The notes beneath the pieces were generated by a model that was given only the letters and a program-made list of their open reading frames with translations, was not told the DNA's origin and did not search any database. From an uncultured delta proteobacterium (lineage in GTDB: Bacteria > Myxococcota_A > Polyangia > Fen-1088), in contig CAVWIP010000012.1 of assembly GCA_963755125.1 (NCBI GenBank), positions 150,602 through 214,601 of the forward strand: a DNA stretch of 64,000 bases, given 5' to 3'. Each line of letters starts with the position of its first letter. Position 1 is the stretch's first letter. Of the stretch, positions 20,697 through 33,200 are shown piece by piece. Both the position numbers and the translations under genes were made by a program.

Positions 20697-20700
20697 GAAC

Positions 20701-21336
20701 CTACGGCTCGATATAAAGCGGCGGTCCGGAAGGTCTCTGGGACTCGCCAGACGGGCCTCCGGGCTGGCTGCGCCCGACCTGGTGGAAAGTCAAGGGCAAG
20801 TCCACATGCACCGCATCTCCTTCGAATCGCGGAAACCGCATGTTCTGGACGGAGATCCGCACGCAGCGCTCGGCATCAGGGGGCGCCCCGTTGACGCGGA
20901 TAAGGCTGGGGCGTCCCGACGGATCAGCCTCGAACGACACCGCCACCATCGGGTTCTCGGCAGACGGCGAGAAGCAGGATGCCAGCGTCGCCATCGTGCC
21001 TTGAATCGCTACGTTCAGCGTGTCGCGGCTGAGTCCGTTCGGATTTCCGTTGAGCGTGCCCGCGTTTCCTGAGGCGGCGGGGTTGGCGGCGGCGGCCGGA
21101 GCTGGATCAGCTTCCACGAGCTCAGCCGACGGAGAAAAGCCCTCAAAACCTCGCAGCCTGCGCGGTCCCAAACGTTCGGGAGCCGCCTCCGGTGACGTTG
21201 GTATTGCCGGAAGGGGGGGCAATTCCCTCTTCTTGAGGCCCAAAGCCTCGCATCCCGCGCCCGACCATGCCAGCACCAGCATCAGGCCGAGCGTGACCGG
21301 CCCTGCTGGCAAGCTGTGCGACGACTTCGTCCGCAT
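20701..21336 (-). CDS. Lipoprotein, hypothetical
   Basis: Signal peptide with lipobox MRTKSSHSLPAGPVTLGLMLVLAWSGAGC, then a Pro/Ala-rich linker. It is divergent from mak. Confidence 0.5.
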   Translation of the reverse strand: MRTKSSHSLPAGPVTLGLMLVLAWSGAGCEALGLKKRELPPLPAIPTSPEAAPERLGPRRLRGFEGFSPSAELVEADPAPAAAANPAASGNAGTLNGNPNGLSRDTLNVAIQGTMATLASCFSPSAENPMVAVSFEADPSGRPSLIRVNGAPPDAERCVRISVQNMRFPRFEGDAVHVDLPLTFHQVGRSQPGGPSGESQRPSGPPLYIEP

Positions 21337-21455
21337 TCTCTCATTGTATCGGAAGGTCATCGACGTCGCTTGAACGGGAGCGACTCCTTTGCTGCATGCC
21401 GCCATATCGTAGGTGCCGAGCCGGAACCGTCGAAGCGGTGTAGTGTCATTCGCCG

Positions 21456-22382
21456 ATGCGTATCGGAGTTGACCTGGGCGGAAGCAAGACTGAAAGCGTT
21501 GCCATCGACGACGCCGGAATCGAACGCGCACGATTGCGCGTACCCACGCCCAGCCACAGCTACGACGAGATCGTCGCATCCATCGTGCGTCTGGTGCGCG
21601 ACACCGAGGCCCGCGTCGGGCAGACGGGCACGGTCGGCATAGGAATCCCCGGCGCCGTGTCTCCCGCCACCGGGCTGGTCAAGAATGCCAACACGGTCGT
21701 GCTCATCGGGCGCACACTTGATCGCGACCTGGCGCACGCCCTGGACCGGCCTGTGCGGGTGGCCAACGACGCCAACTGCTTCGCGCTCTCGGAAGCCTCG
21801 GACGGGGCGGGTGCCGGCGCCAGGGTCGTCTTCGGCGTCATCGTGGGCACGGGAACGGGCGGCGGCGTGGTGGTGGATGGGAAGCTGCTGACCGGGCCAC
21901 ACGCCATCGCAGGCGAATGGGGGCACAACCCCTTGCCCTGGCCTCACGACGATGAGCGCCCGGGCCCACCTTGCTACTGCGGAAAGAACGGCTGCATCGA
22001 AACCTTCCTGGCTGGGCCCAGCCTGGCCCGCGACCATCAGCTTCACACCGGTGAAGCGCGGGACGCGGGCGACATCGCCCGGCGCGCTGAAGCCGGCGAC
22101 GCGGTTGCCGTGGCAACCATGACTCGCTATGAGGATCGCATGGCGCGGGGGCTGGCGTCGGTGATCAACCTTCTCGATCCCGATGTCATCGTCTTGGGCG
22201 GCGGGGTCTCGAACATCGCGCGCCTGTATCGTGAGGTTCCGCTGCGGTTGGGCCAGTACGTATTCTCGGACACGGTGAGCACGCCCGTCGTCCCAGCCCG
22301 CCACGGCGATTCCAGCGGGGTGCGCGGGGCCGCCTGGCTGTGGCCGCTTCCCCCTAGCGCATCTGCCGCCGGACCTGGATGA
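21456..22382 (+). CDS. mak: ROK-family sugar kinase, fructokinase/mannokinase (Mak-like)
   Basis: The protein is near-colinear with E. coli Mak. Matching blocks: MRIGVDLGGSKTE, TVGIGIPGAVSPATGLVKNANT, VANDANCFALSEA, GEWGHNPLPWP, zinc motif CYCGKNGCIETF, LDPDVIVLGGG and HGDSSGVRGAAWLW. Confidence 0.85.
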   Translation: MRIGVDLGGSKTESVAIDDAGIERARLRVPTPSHSYDEIVASIVRLVRDTEARVGQTGTVGIGIPGAVSPATGLVKNANTVVLIGRTLDRDLAHALDRPVRVANDANCFALSEASDGAGAGARVVFGVIVGTGTGGGVVVDGKLLTGPHAIAGEWGHNPLPWPHDDERPGPPCYCGKNGCIETFLAGPSLARDHQLHTGEARDAGDIARRAEAGDAVAVATMTRYEDRMARGLASVINLLDPDVIVLGGGVSNIARLYREVPLRLGQYVFSDTVSTPVVPARHGDSSGVRGAAWLWPLPPSASAAGPG

Positions 22383-22638
22383 AGGTGGAAACCACCAGGA
22401 AGAGCCCCAGCAGGATCCAGATGATGCCCCAGCGGATGTGCCGGTGCTGCTCGGGACCGCGTTCGAGACGCTCTTCGGGCTCGCTGGCCCGATCGCCGGA
22501 GGCTTCCTCCCCGATCTGGTCGTCGTCGGGACGCGTGCGCAGCCGCGGAGCACCCAGATACTTGACCCGAAGGGTGCCAAATAGGATGAGCACGCACCCG
22601 ACGGCGTAGGGAATCGCGGGAGGGATATTGAGCTGCAT
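22354..22638 (-). CDS. Small two-TM membrane protein, hypothetical
   Basis: ORF with two hydrophobic helices (AIPYAVGCVLILFGTL, WGIIWILLGLFLVVSTF). It overlaps the mak 3' end by 29 bp. Weak support. Confidence 0.25.
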   Translation of the reverse strand: MQLNIPPAIPYAVGCVLILFGTLRVKYLGAPRLRTRPDDDQIGEEASGDRASEPEERLERGPEQHRHIRWGIIWILLGLFLVVSTFIQVRRQMR

Positions 22639-22659
22639 CGCTTCTCCAGCTATGTGTCC

Positions 22660-24219
22660 CTAGCTCGCGATCTCGTCGGCCCTGAACTCGCGAATCACGG
22701 TCACCTTGATCTGGCCCGGGAAGGTCATCTCGCGCGAGATGCTTTCCGCGATCTGGGTTGACAGCAGCACCGCCCCTCGATCGTTCACCCGATTCTCGTC
22801 CACGTACACGCGCACCTCGCGTCCACCTTGCACCGCGAAGGCTTCGTCGACACCGGCAAAGGCGCGGCTGATGCGCTCGATCTCCTCCAGCTTGGCCATG
22901 TGATTGTCCTCGGCCTGCCGGCGCGCGCCCGGCCGTCCGCCCGACATGGCATCAGCCGCCGCGACCAGATACGCGTAGGCGCTATCGAACGGCTCATCGG
23001 TGTGATGCGCCCCGATGGCGTTGGCCACCACTTCCGGCTCTTTCAGTCGACGCGCATACTCCGCTCCGATGGAGGCGTGCGACCCGTCGAGTTCATGGGT
23101 CAGCGCCTTGCCTATGTCGTGCAGCAGCGCCGCCCGCCGGGCGAGCTTGACGTCCATCCCCAGCTCCGCCGCCATCATGCCGCACAGAAACCCCGCCTCA
23201 ACCGAGTGCTTCCACTGATTCTGTGCATAGCTGGTGCGGAAGTTGAGTCGGCCCACCAGCTTCACGATGTCGGGATGTGCGCGGTCGATGGCAAGCAGGG
23301 AAAACGCTCGTCGCCCCAGGTCGAGCGTCTCACGTTCCACGTCCACCACGATCCCGCGCGCCAGCCGTGTCACCGCGGCGGGTCCGCTGATGGATCGCTT
23401 CAACATGCGATTCACGCAGCGTCGGGCGATCTCCCGGCCCACCCCGTCGAGTCCCTCGATGCGGACCGCCGGTTGCCCGTCCAACAAGGAGAGCTGCACG
23501 TTGGTGACCGCCTCGATGGCACGCAAGTCAGCATCAACGGGTGGCACCTGTCCGGGCCGCAAGTCCGACAGGGGAATCACGAACTGGGGTCGCTCGGTCA
23601 AATCGTGGCCGGAAAAGCGACCCACCGCGATGCCCATGATTCTCTTGGCCGCGCGGATCTGGCTCCCCGACATAGCCGACTCCGCCATCTGGCGCAGCAT
23701 CTGTGCGGCAGCCGCGCGTGCGTCCTCGACCTCCGCTTCCACCAGCATCCGCTGCGCTTCTCGCGCAGGCCGGGCCGCCACCCGCTCCAACTCGGCTTGC
23801 CGGCTCCTTTCGATCGACTGCACCTCCGCTGTCAGAGCACGCCCGTCCTGCTCCCGCTCGGCCACCGGCGCCTCGCGTTCCGCAAGACGCTGGCGCGCCT
23901 CTCCCAGCAGTCGCACCTCCTCATCAATGCGCACCGCCTGAGCCGCAAGCGCAGTCTCGCTCTCCGCCAGCTCGGCTTCCCGTGCACGCAGGCCTGCCTC
24001 CACCTCGGACCGGATGGCCAGGGCCTGTTCGCGCGCCTGGATGTCCGACTCGCGCAGCAAGGCCTGCCCCTCGATCTCCGCCTCGCTGCGGATGCGCCTG
24101 GCCTCCCCGCCGTCGGGGTCGGCACCCGGCCGCCGCAGACGACGGCCCGCCCACATGCCGAAGCACGCGCCGGCCGCCAGTCCGACGAGCACCGTGATCC
24201 AGACGGCCGGCTCGCCCAT
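22660..24219 (-). CDS. rny: Ribonuclease Y
   Basis: N-terminal TM helix, a long coiled-coil, a KH domain (GREIARRCVNRML...) and an HD domain (LLHDIGKALTHE...GAHH). The start ATG at 24217-24219 abuts the stop of the upstream giant TPR gene at 24220-24222. Confidence 0.9.
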   Translation of the reverse strand: MGEPAVWITVLVGLAAGACFGMWAGRRLRRPGADPDGGEARRIRSEAEIEGQALLRESDIQAREQALAIRSEVEAGLRAREAELAESETALAAQAVRIDEEVRLLGEARQRLAEREAPVAEREQDGRALTAEVQSIERSRQAELERVAARPAREAQRMLVEAEVEDARAAAAQMLRQMAESAMSGSQIRAAKRIMGIAVGRFSGHDLTERPQFVIPLSDLRPGQVPPVDADLRAIEAVTNVQLSLLDGQPAVRIEGLDGVGREIARRCVNRMLKRSISGPAAVTRLARGIVVDVERETLDLGRRAFSLLAIDRAHPDIVKLVGRLNFRTSYAQNQWKHSVEAGFLCGMMAAELGMDVKLARRAALLHDIGKALTHELDGSHASIGAEYARRLKEPEVVANAIGAHHTDEPFDSAYAYLVAAADAMSGGRPGARRQAEDNHMAKLEEIERISRAFAGVDEAFAVQGGREVRVYVDENRVNDRGAVLLSTQIAESISREMTFPGQIKVTVIREFRADEIAS

Positions 24220-27200
24220 CTACCCGATCGCAAGTCCCAGGTGCGCGCGCAGGGCGAAGTATTCGTCCGACACGCACCACTGAATCAGGTCCCGAACCTT
24301 GTCCTTGGGATCGGCGCAGCCCACCGCCAAGGGCTCGGACTGGATCTGGTGGGCCGCCACCTCCAGGTCGTTGCACATGAGGAAGCCGGCCCGCGACGAG
24401 GTGAAGTCCACCGCCTTGGACCAGCGGTGCAGATCCGCCTCGGCCTGACTCTCGATGAAGCGCCGGACCACCTCGGCCAGCTGCTCGACGTTCTGGGGCG
24501 GAACCAGGCGGCGCAGAAGCTCCAGACGCTCCGCTACCGGTTGCTCCATGTCCGACTTGATGGGCACCTTGGGCTGCACCAGCTTGAGCGCCGCCAGGAA
24601 GTACGCCTTCAGTTCGGACACCTGGGGCACCACCGCCGGCCAGCGCACGACGTGATCGGGCCGCATCAGCGTCAGCTTCTTGCCCAAGGCGTAGGCCAAT
24701 TCCTTTTCCTGCTTGCCCTGCAACAAGGCAGCCCCGACCACGAAGGACGGGCAGAGTTGCTGCTTCTCGCGCGCGTTCATCAGCTCGAGCTCGCCCGGCC
24801 AATCCTGACGCAAGTACAGTTCAGGCGCTGTGACCGCAAGCGCCTGGCTCACGTAGACGAAGACGCCACTGAACATCAGCTTGTCGTTGGTGGGATCGCG
24901 CCGATCCCTGCGCCGAATTCCCACTTCCTTGTGCTCGCGGGCGCGCACCGCCATGATGGCCTGGCTGATGCTCGCCAGGATGAGCGAGATGTAGCGATCC
25001 TCATCGCCGTGGTAGATGTACTTCTGCCAGAGCTCCTCATTGAGCCGCGCCTTCACCCGGGACAGGGTCTTCACTTTGTACTGCTCGTGGAAGCGCAACT
25101 CCTCGGCATCGGCCTGGCGCAGATAGGCGAGCACCGAGGCCGTGCACCAGACCTGGTCGTACTTGCCCATGTCGGTAAACAGGTGCCGGAGTGTCTTGAG
25201 GATGGGCACCATCGCCCCGATGTCCTGCGTGCGCCTGAGGATCGCACGCCACGCGCGCACGGCCTTGTCGTAGGCTTCCGGCCCCTGCATTTGGTACAGT
25301 TCAGCCAAGATCTGGTGGCGCGGCATATTGTCGGGCTCCAGCTTCGCGCACACCTCGAACGCTTCAGCGGCGGCACGGTAGTCCTTGAGCCGTGAGCGGT
25401 AGATTTCGCCCAGCGCGTGCCACAGGGCGATCTGGGTCGACCGCTTCTCGGGCGGCACCTCGGTGCCCAGACGCTTGATCATGCGACGGTAGGCCCGCTG
25501 CTGGTTGGTCCAGTCCTTCTTCGCCGTCATGATCTTGTCGATGCGCTCGAAGGGCTTGAGGTCGTCGGGGTACTCGTCCAGCGCCTTGTTGAACAGCTCC
25601 ACCGCCTCATCGGGCGAGTGCAACTCGGCGTTGGTGATCTGGCCCGCCGTCTGCAGGTACTTGGCCTTGACCCGACCTGTCTCGATGGCTGCCAGGCGCA
25701 ACAGAATCTCCACCGCCTTCTTCCACTGCTTGGTTTCAGTGAGCAGCTCCAACACGTCGGCCAGCAGGCCGCGCGCATCGGGCTTGACCTCGATCGCCTC
25801 GAGATAGGCCGCGATGGCCTTCTGCGGGTTCTTCAACCGCTCCTTGTAGACCCCGATGATCTCCTCGTGCAGACGGAGCTTCTCTTCATCGCTCTCGACA
25901 TGTGCGAGCAAGGCCCGCTTCTGGCGAATCACCGCTTCCCAGTCTCCGGCGGCGGCGTGGATCTCGGTCAACGCCTCCAGCGTGGGGCGGTGGCCGGGAT
26001 CGATCTCCAACGCCTTCTCGAACATGTTGATGGCCTTGGCCCGGTCGCCGATCTTCGTCTTGATGTGGCCGATGCGATGGAAGATCTCCACGATCTGCGC
26101 TTCGCTCTGCGACTCGCGATGGTGAACCAGAATGGTCTGGTATAGCTTGAACGCTTCGTCCCACTGCTCGCGGCGATAGAGCAGATTGGCCCGGTCCACC
26201 AGGGTGGGCAGGTGGGTGGCGTCCAGTTCGTAAGCCGAGCGGTAGTATTTGAGCGCTTTCTCCTCGTCGCCCAGTTGCTCCGCCGCCTTGGCCAGGCGGT
26301 AGCACAAAATGTTGAGCTCGCGGTGAGCCCGACGATCCGCCTTGCGCGTCAGCATCTCCAGGATGGGCACCAGCGGCGCCCATTCACTCTGGCGGTAGTA
26401 GATGTCGGCCAGCGGGGTTGCGGCCTCGACGTGTTCCGGATCGAGTTCCAGGGTGCGCGCGTACAGTTCCTTGGCCTTGGCCTCGTCGCCCAGCTCGGTC
26501 TGGTAGAGCTTGCCGGCTTCGTAAAGGAGGCGGGTACGTTCCAGCACGTTGGGCGTGTGCGACTCGGCACGCTCCATGAACTGAGCCGCCTTGAAGGAGT
26601 CGCCGCGCCGCTTGTAGATGTTGAGCAGCGACAGCATGCTGGGCACGTGCGTCGGGTCGATGGCCAGGGCATCGCTCAGGCGTTCCTCGGCGATGTCCGA
26701 CATCTGCATCTGCTCGTCGAGTATCTTGCCCAGGCGGTAGCTCAGGTCGACCTTCTCGGGGGGCGAGGCTTGGCCCACCAGCCGCTGCATGATGTCCACC
26801 GCGCGCTCCCACTGCTCCGTCTCCTCGTACAGTCGCGCCAGCCCCCGCAAGGCCTCGGCGTGGTCGGGGTCCACATTGAGGATTTCGTTGAAAGCCTCGA
26901 TGGCACTGTCGGGATCGCGCAACCCTTCCTCGTACACCCGTCCCATGTCCAGGTAGATCGTAGCCTTGGCCGCCACATCGTTCTCCACCTGGATGTGCTT
27001 GCGGAAGGTGTCCACCAGCGCATCCCACTTGCGCTCGCCACGATAGAGACGTTCCAGATCCTGGCACGCCTTGAGATTGCGCGGATCGATGGTGAGCGCC
27101 TGCTGCAGGCTATCGATGGCATCGTCGATCTTGCCGGGAAGTTGCTCGCACACCTGCGCCATGCGCAGCAGGAGAGCGACCCGGTCATCGTCGGGCGCCG

Positions 27201-30200
27201 TGACCTGGAGCTGATGCTCCAGGACCTCGAGGTACGCGTCCATCCGGCCGGCCTTCTCGTACAACTGCTCCAGCGCCTTGAGCGCAGGCAGGTTTTGCGG
27301 ATCGACGGTCAGCACCTCCCTGTACGCCTGCACCGCCCGCTCGTTGTCGCCCAGGCGGGACTCCCACAGCTCGCCCACCTGCAGGCGTAGCTTGACCGCC
27401 AGCTCGCCGTCACTGACCACCTGTGACTTTCGCGCCAGCACGTCGGCCAGGCGCTCCCAGGCCTGGGTGCGCCGGTGCAGGCGTTCGAGGGCCTCGATGG
27501 CCTTCAGGCAATGCTCGTCAGCTTGCAGGGCCTGGTCGTAGGCCACCGTGGCCTGGCCCGCATCGCTGATGTGGGTCTCATAGGTTTCGGCCAACGCCAG
27601 CAACACTTCAACCCGTCGCGCCGGATCAGACTCGACTTCGGCGTGCTTGGACAGAACGCTGACCAGATCCTTCCAGCGGGACTCCTTGCGATAGAAGTCA
27701 GCCAGCGCCGCCATGGCGCCCACGTGGTTGGGCTGCCGCGAGAGAGCCTCCTTGGCGGAGGTGATGGCATATTCGGTGTGGTGCAGGGCCGAGTCGTACC
27801 AGCGTCCGATCTTGACCCACAAGTCGGCCGCCTGCTTCGCGTCCTCCATGCCCTGAGCGGCCTGTGTGTACTCGGACAGGAGCTCCGACCACTTGTTGGT
27901 GACGTTGGCCAGCCGTTCCAGTTCCTGAGCGACGGCGTTGCTCGAGTAGTCCTCACGGAACGCGGCCTGCAGCATGATGAAAGCGGAGTCTCGATCGCCG
28001 ATGTGCTCCTCGTAGATACGCGCAATCTCACAGAACAGCTTGATCTTCTCCTCCGCCTCACCGGTGTATTCCACCCGGGCCAACAGCAGCTCCACCAACT
28101 CAGGCCACACCTTACGCTGACGGTACACATCCTCCAAGGCCGATGAGGCTGCTGCATGCGAGGGGTCCATCTTCAAGACGCGCTCGTAGGCTTCAGCCGC
28201 CGCGCCGCCGTCGCCGATCTTCTCGGACCAGATGGACGCGATCTGCATCAACACATCCACCTTGTCACCCACCGATGCGAGCGCTGCCGCCCGGCGCTCC
28301 AGTACGTCCACACACTCCTCCCAGCGCCCCTCCTGGGTGAACAGCGTCTCCAGCGCCGTGAGAGCACGGGCATCAGCCGCATCGATCTGCAAGACATGGC
28401 GCCACGCCTCGATGGCCGCATCGACGCGCACCAAGGTGCTGCCTTCCAGTTCGCCGAGTTCCGCGTAGCAATCCCGCAGCGTGGCCGCCGGGAAGGTTTC
28501 GCTGCCCACGGCGATGAGTTGGTGCAAGGTTTCCGAGAGCTCTTCCCAGGCCGCGGCGCTCCGGTAGTTGGCTGCGATGGCCTGCAGCGCCTCGACGTCC
28601 CCGGGATTGATCTCGGTGACCTTCTTCCAGCACTCGAGGGCGTTTCTTTCCCGGCCGAGCTTCTCACCCCACACACGGCCCAAACGCTTGTACACCGGAA
28701 TGCGCGCCTCCGGGTCTTCGCTCGCTCGAATCTGGCTGTCCAAAACCTCCGTCAGCTCGCGCCACTCCTCGGCCTGCTCGTGCAGGTCGGCCAAAGCCGA
28801 CAGTGCCACCGGGTCAGCGCCGCGCAGGTCGAGCACCCGCCGCCACAACTCGATGGCCTTTTCACGCTGGCCGAGAACGTCGGACGTGATCCTGGCCATG
28901 CGCGCGTAGCAGTCGGAGAGCGCTTCGTCGCCCGGGGCGATGTCCAGCATCTTCTCGTAGATCTGGTACAGGTCTTCCCACTGCTCGGCGCGGAAGTAGA
29001 TGCGCTCCAATGCCTCGAGAGCTTCCGGCGAGCGCGACTCCTGTTCCAGCACCGCTAGATAGCTGGCCACCGCTCCCGGCGCGTCGTCGATGACGTCGGC
29101 CAGGATCTTGCCCAGACGCAGGTGCAGCGCGACCAGTTCCCTCGACCCGTCGGTGATGGCGATGCGCCGACGCAAGACATCTGCAAGTTTTTCGTAATCG
29201 CCTTGCTTGTCGTAAACCCGATCGAGGAAAGCCAGGGCTTCGCCGTCACTGGGGTCGAGCGCCAGCACCTGTCCCAGCACATCCTCGACCCGCACCAGAT
29301 CGGCAAGCTCGGCGTCGAAGACCGTGGCCAGGCGGAAGAGAACGTCGCGGCGCACGCGGCGATCGCTGGCCCGGGCCGCCGCGTCCGCCATGCTGGCCAC
29401 GTAGGTTTCCCACTGGTGGGTGGCGCGGGCCAAGCGTAGCAACTCATCCAATCCCTGCTCGGACGCCGGATCCTCGACCACCGCTTTCGACCACCACTCA
29501 AGCGCCGCCACCTGATCCATGAGCTTGGACTCGGAGATCTCCGCCAGCCGCCGCAGCAGCCGCTGTCGCTCCTCGGCGTCGGACTCCACGCCCAACTCGA
29601 CGTGATAGACTCGAACCAGCTTCTCCCACTCCTCGCCCACCCGGTAGAGCGGCTCAAGGACCTGCGCGATCTCCCGCTGCATGGCCCCGCTCGATAGCAG
29701 CCGCTCCAGCGTGGCACGGGTCTCGGCGTGCTTGGGATCGATGTTGAGGATGTCCTGATACGCCTCGACCGCCTTGGGCATGTCCCCCAGCGCCACTTCC
29801 AGGATCTGGGCCAGCCGGAAGGTGAGATCGATGATCTGAGCGTCGCTATCCGCCAGACGGATCTCGCCGCGGACGATGTCGGCCAGCTCCGTCCAGCGCT
29901 CGGTCCTGGTGTAAAGCCGGTCGAGTGCCTCGAGGCCGTCCTTGCGATCGGGCTCGGCATCGGCGACCCGCCGATAGGTCGCGATGGCCTTGTCGAGGTC
30001 ATGGGTTTCCTCCTCGTAGATGCGGGCCAGCCGCAGCAGCATCTCGGTCTGCAGCCGACTGTCCAGGATGCGGTCGATCTCGGCGTCGTACACCGCGGCC
30101 AGATCAGCCCAGCGGCCGCTCGACTCGGCCAAGCGGTCAATGTGGGCAATCACCTCCTGATTCGACGGGTCCACCCGCAGGGCGCGGCAGTAGGCATCAA

Positions 30201-33200
30201 ACGCCGCGTCGAAATCATTGAGCCGACGCTCGTGAATCTTGGCCAACAGGTCGAGCAACTCGACCCGTCGCACCGGATCCTGCGTGTAGGAAACCATTAC
30301 CTCGTGAACCGCGGCCACCTTGGGCCAGTCGCCTGCGCTTTCGTACACCGGTTGCAACACCTGGGCCGCCGCGATGGGCTCCTCCCCTCGCTGCATCATG
30401 CCTTCAAGAGCCTTCAGGGTCGGCTCGTGCGAGGGATCCATGGCCAACACGCGCTGATAGGCTTCCGTGGCCCGGCTCGCATCTTTGAGCTTGTCCGACC
30501 ACAGCTCACCGATGCGGTAGCGCAACGAAACCACCTCGGCCGAGGACGAAGACAGCTCGGTCTGGCGCTCGAGCACGTTGAGCAGGTCGTACCATCGCTC
30601 GGTCTGCAGGTAGAGGCGATCCAGGGCCTGCAGGGCATCCAGGTCATCCGGATCCATGTCGAGGATCGACGTGTAGGTTTCTATGGCGCGGGGAGCGTCT
30701 TGCAGTTCGCGGTCGTACACCTGGCCCAGCACGAAAAGCCGTTCCTTCTTTCGTGCCGGGTCCGTGGCCAACTCGGCCTGGCGGGCGTAGACATCCTTCA
30801 AGTCGTTCCAGCGCGACAGGCGCAAGAACAGCCGCACCAGGCTGTCCAGGGCCGTCTCGTTGGTGTCATCCAGGGCCAGGACCTGTCGGTAGACCTCGAT
30901 AGCCTTGTCGGAGTCGTCGAGGACTTCTTCCCAGATCTTGGCTGCGCGCGAGCCCAGCTCCTTCTTGTCGGCCAGCGCATCGACCATGTCCATCTTTCGC
31001 TGCAGCAGCAGAACCAACTGAGCGTAATCGGCGGTGCGGATGTAGATGGCCTCCAGCGCATCCGCCGCTTCCAGGTCGCGCGGTCCCACGGCCAGCGCCT
31101 GCTTGTAGGCCTCTGCCGCAATTTCGGAGTTGCCGAGCTCGTTCTCGGCCAGCTTCGCGACGGCGTGGTAGACGGCGCCCTTCAACTCGTCCGACTGCAA
31201 CTTCTCGGCGGCGGCTTGATAGCGGACCACTAGGTCGTCACACCGGCCGAGGGCCTTGGCCAGGCGTTCCAGGCGTCGGGTCGTCTCGGGATCGAGGGGA
31301 TCCTCGGCCAGCGCGCGCCCCAGAGCCTGGTACGCCCGTGCCGGATCGTCGAGCCCGTCCTCGCAGGCCGTGGCGATCTCGTGCAAGAGGTCAATCTTGC
31401 GCCGCATGTCCAGGGCGTGGCGTGCCTGGATCTCCAGCACCCGTACCAGGTTGCCAAAGTCGCTGCGCGCACGGTACACCGGGTCCAGGATCTCGGCCAG
31501 AACCAGATCGTGGTCGGGGTTGTCGAGCAGTCCTTCCAGCGCCGCCACGGTTTCTTCGTGGCCAGGCGCCAAGTCGAGCAGTCGTCGATACGTCTCCACT
31601 GCGGACGTGATGTCGCGCAGCTTCTGTTCCCGCAGGTGCCCGAGACGAGAAAGCAGGCGTACCTGCTCCTCCTCGTTGCTCGCCAGCTCGAGCTGTCGCT
31701 GCAGGTTGTCCGCCAGATCGAGGTCCAATCCCTTGTGCACGAAGAGACGATCGAGCGCGCGCAGGGCGGTCAGGCTGCCCGCGTTGTCACCCAGCGCCTC
31801 CTTCCACGCGGCAATCGCCTCGTCGGGATTGCCGATGGCCTCTTCCCATATGGCAGCGATGCGAGCGTGAATCTGCTCGCGCTCCTCGCTAGAGCGGACC
31901 AGCTCCACCTTCTTCTTCAGGGTGTCGACCAGATCGGACCAACGCTCGGTCCGCGTATACAGTCGTTCCAGGGCTTCGAGCGCGGAGGCGTCTTCCGGTT
32001 CGATCTCCTGGGCCAGGCGGAAGTACTCGACCGCCTTGTCTGATTGGTCGAGCTTCTCGTCGTAGGCCACCGCGATGACCAGCAAAATCTCGCGCTCCAA
32101 CCCGGACGCGAGCTTGCGACTTCCCTGGATTTCGCTGTACAGGGCCACCAACTCCCGCCACTTGTCCATGCGATCAGCCAGCGCTTCCAACGCCGCGCGC
32201 GCCTCGGCCGAGTCGGGACTTATGCCGAAAGCCTCGGCATAGGCCTGGTACGCCCGTTCAGCGCGGCCAGCCTCGCCTTCCAACCCGCCGATGCGCAAGA
32301 GCAGGGCGACCCGGGCCGCGGCATCCGTCTCGCGCGCCAACTTGATACGCTGAACCTGCAGCAACCGCTCCGTCTCGTGTCCCGCCTCGTAGATGGGCTC
32401 GAGGGCCGCCACCGCGCTCATCTGGTGCTGACTGTCGGCAAGATAGACTTCCAGAGCTGCACGCGCGCCTGCATGGGTCGCGTCCAGCGCCAGTGCCTCC
32501 TGATACGACTCCACGGCAACGCCCGGACTCTTCAGGTACTTCTCGGAGACCTCGCCCAGCCGGAACTTCAACTCGGCCGCAGCCGGGTCGTCATTGGGCA
32601 GCTTGAGCTGGCGGACGATGATCTTGCTCAGATCCTTCCAGCGCTCCGTGGCCCGATACAGCCGGTCCAGCGCGCGCAGGGCTTGCACGTCTTCCTTGGC
32701 CGTCTTCAGGATGTCCTTGTACAACTCGATCGCCTTGTCGGCGTCGTGCACCTGTTCTTCGTAGAGCGCCGCGAGCTGCAGTCGCACCTCGCGCTTCTCA
32801 TCCTCGGAGCCGGCCAGAGCGAGTTTCTTGTCGTAGATGGCTAACAACTGGTCGTGCTGGCCGGTTGCAATGTACAGGCGTTCGAGGGCGAGCACGGCCT
32901 GCTCGTCGCGGTCCACGATCTCCAGGATCTCGCGGTTGCGCGCAATCGCCGCCTCGCTGTTGGCCAGCTCCTTCTCGTAGGCTCGCGCCACGGTAGCCAA
33001 GAGGGGAAGACCATCTTGTCCCTGCAGGCTTGGCAGGACGGCCTCGTAGGCTTCCACCAGCAGCGCCCAGTTGCCCGTCTCGCCAGCCAACCGCTCGGCG
33101 TACTCGCGCGCCCATTCCTCACGCGGATTCTCCGACAGCGCCTGCAACGCCACGGTAAGCGCCAGCGGCCTGTCGCCGGCGTCGCTCTCGAGGATTTGGG

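Noticed and set aside
21357-22580. 407-aa minus-strand ORF
   Set aside because: It is antisense to mak, whose product aligns essentially full-length with E. coli Mak.
22828-25395. 855-aa plus-strand ORF spanning rny and the end of the gltI-like gene
   Set aside because: It is antisense to two well-supported genes. Its composition is R/L/G/H-rich and it has no domain signatures.
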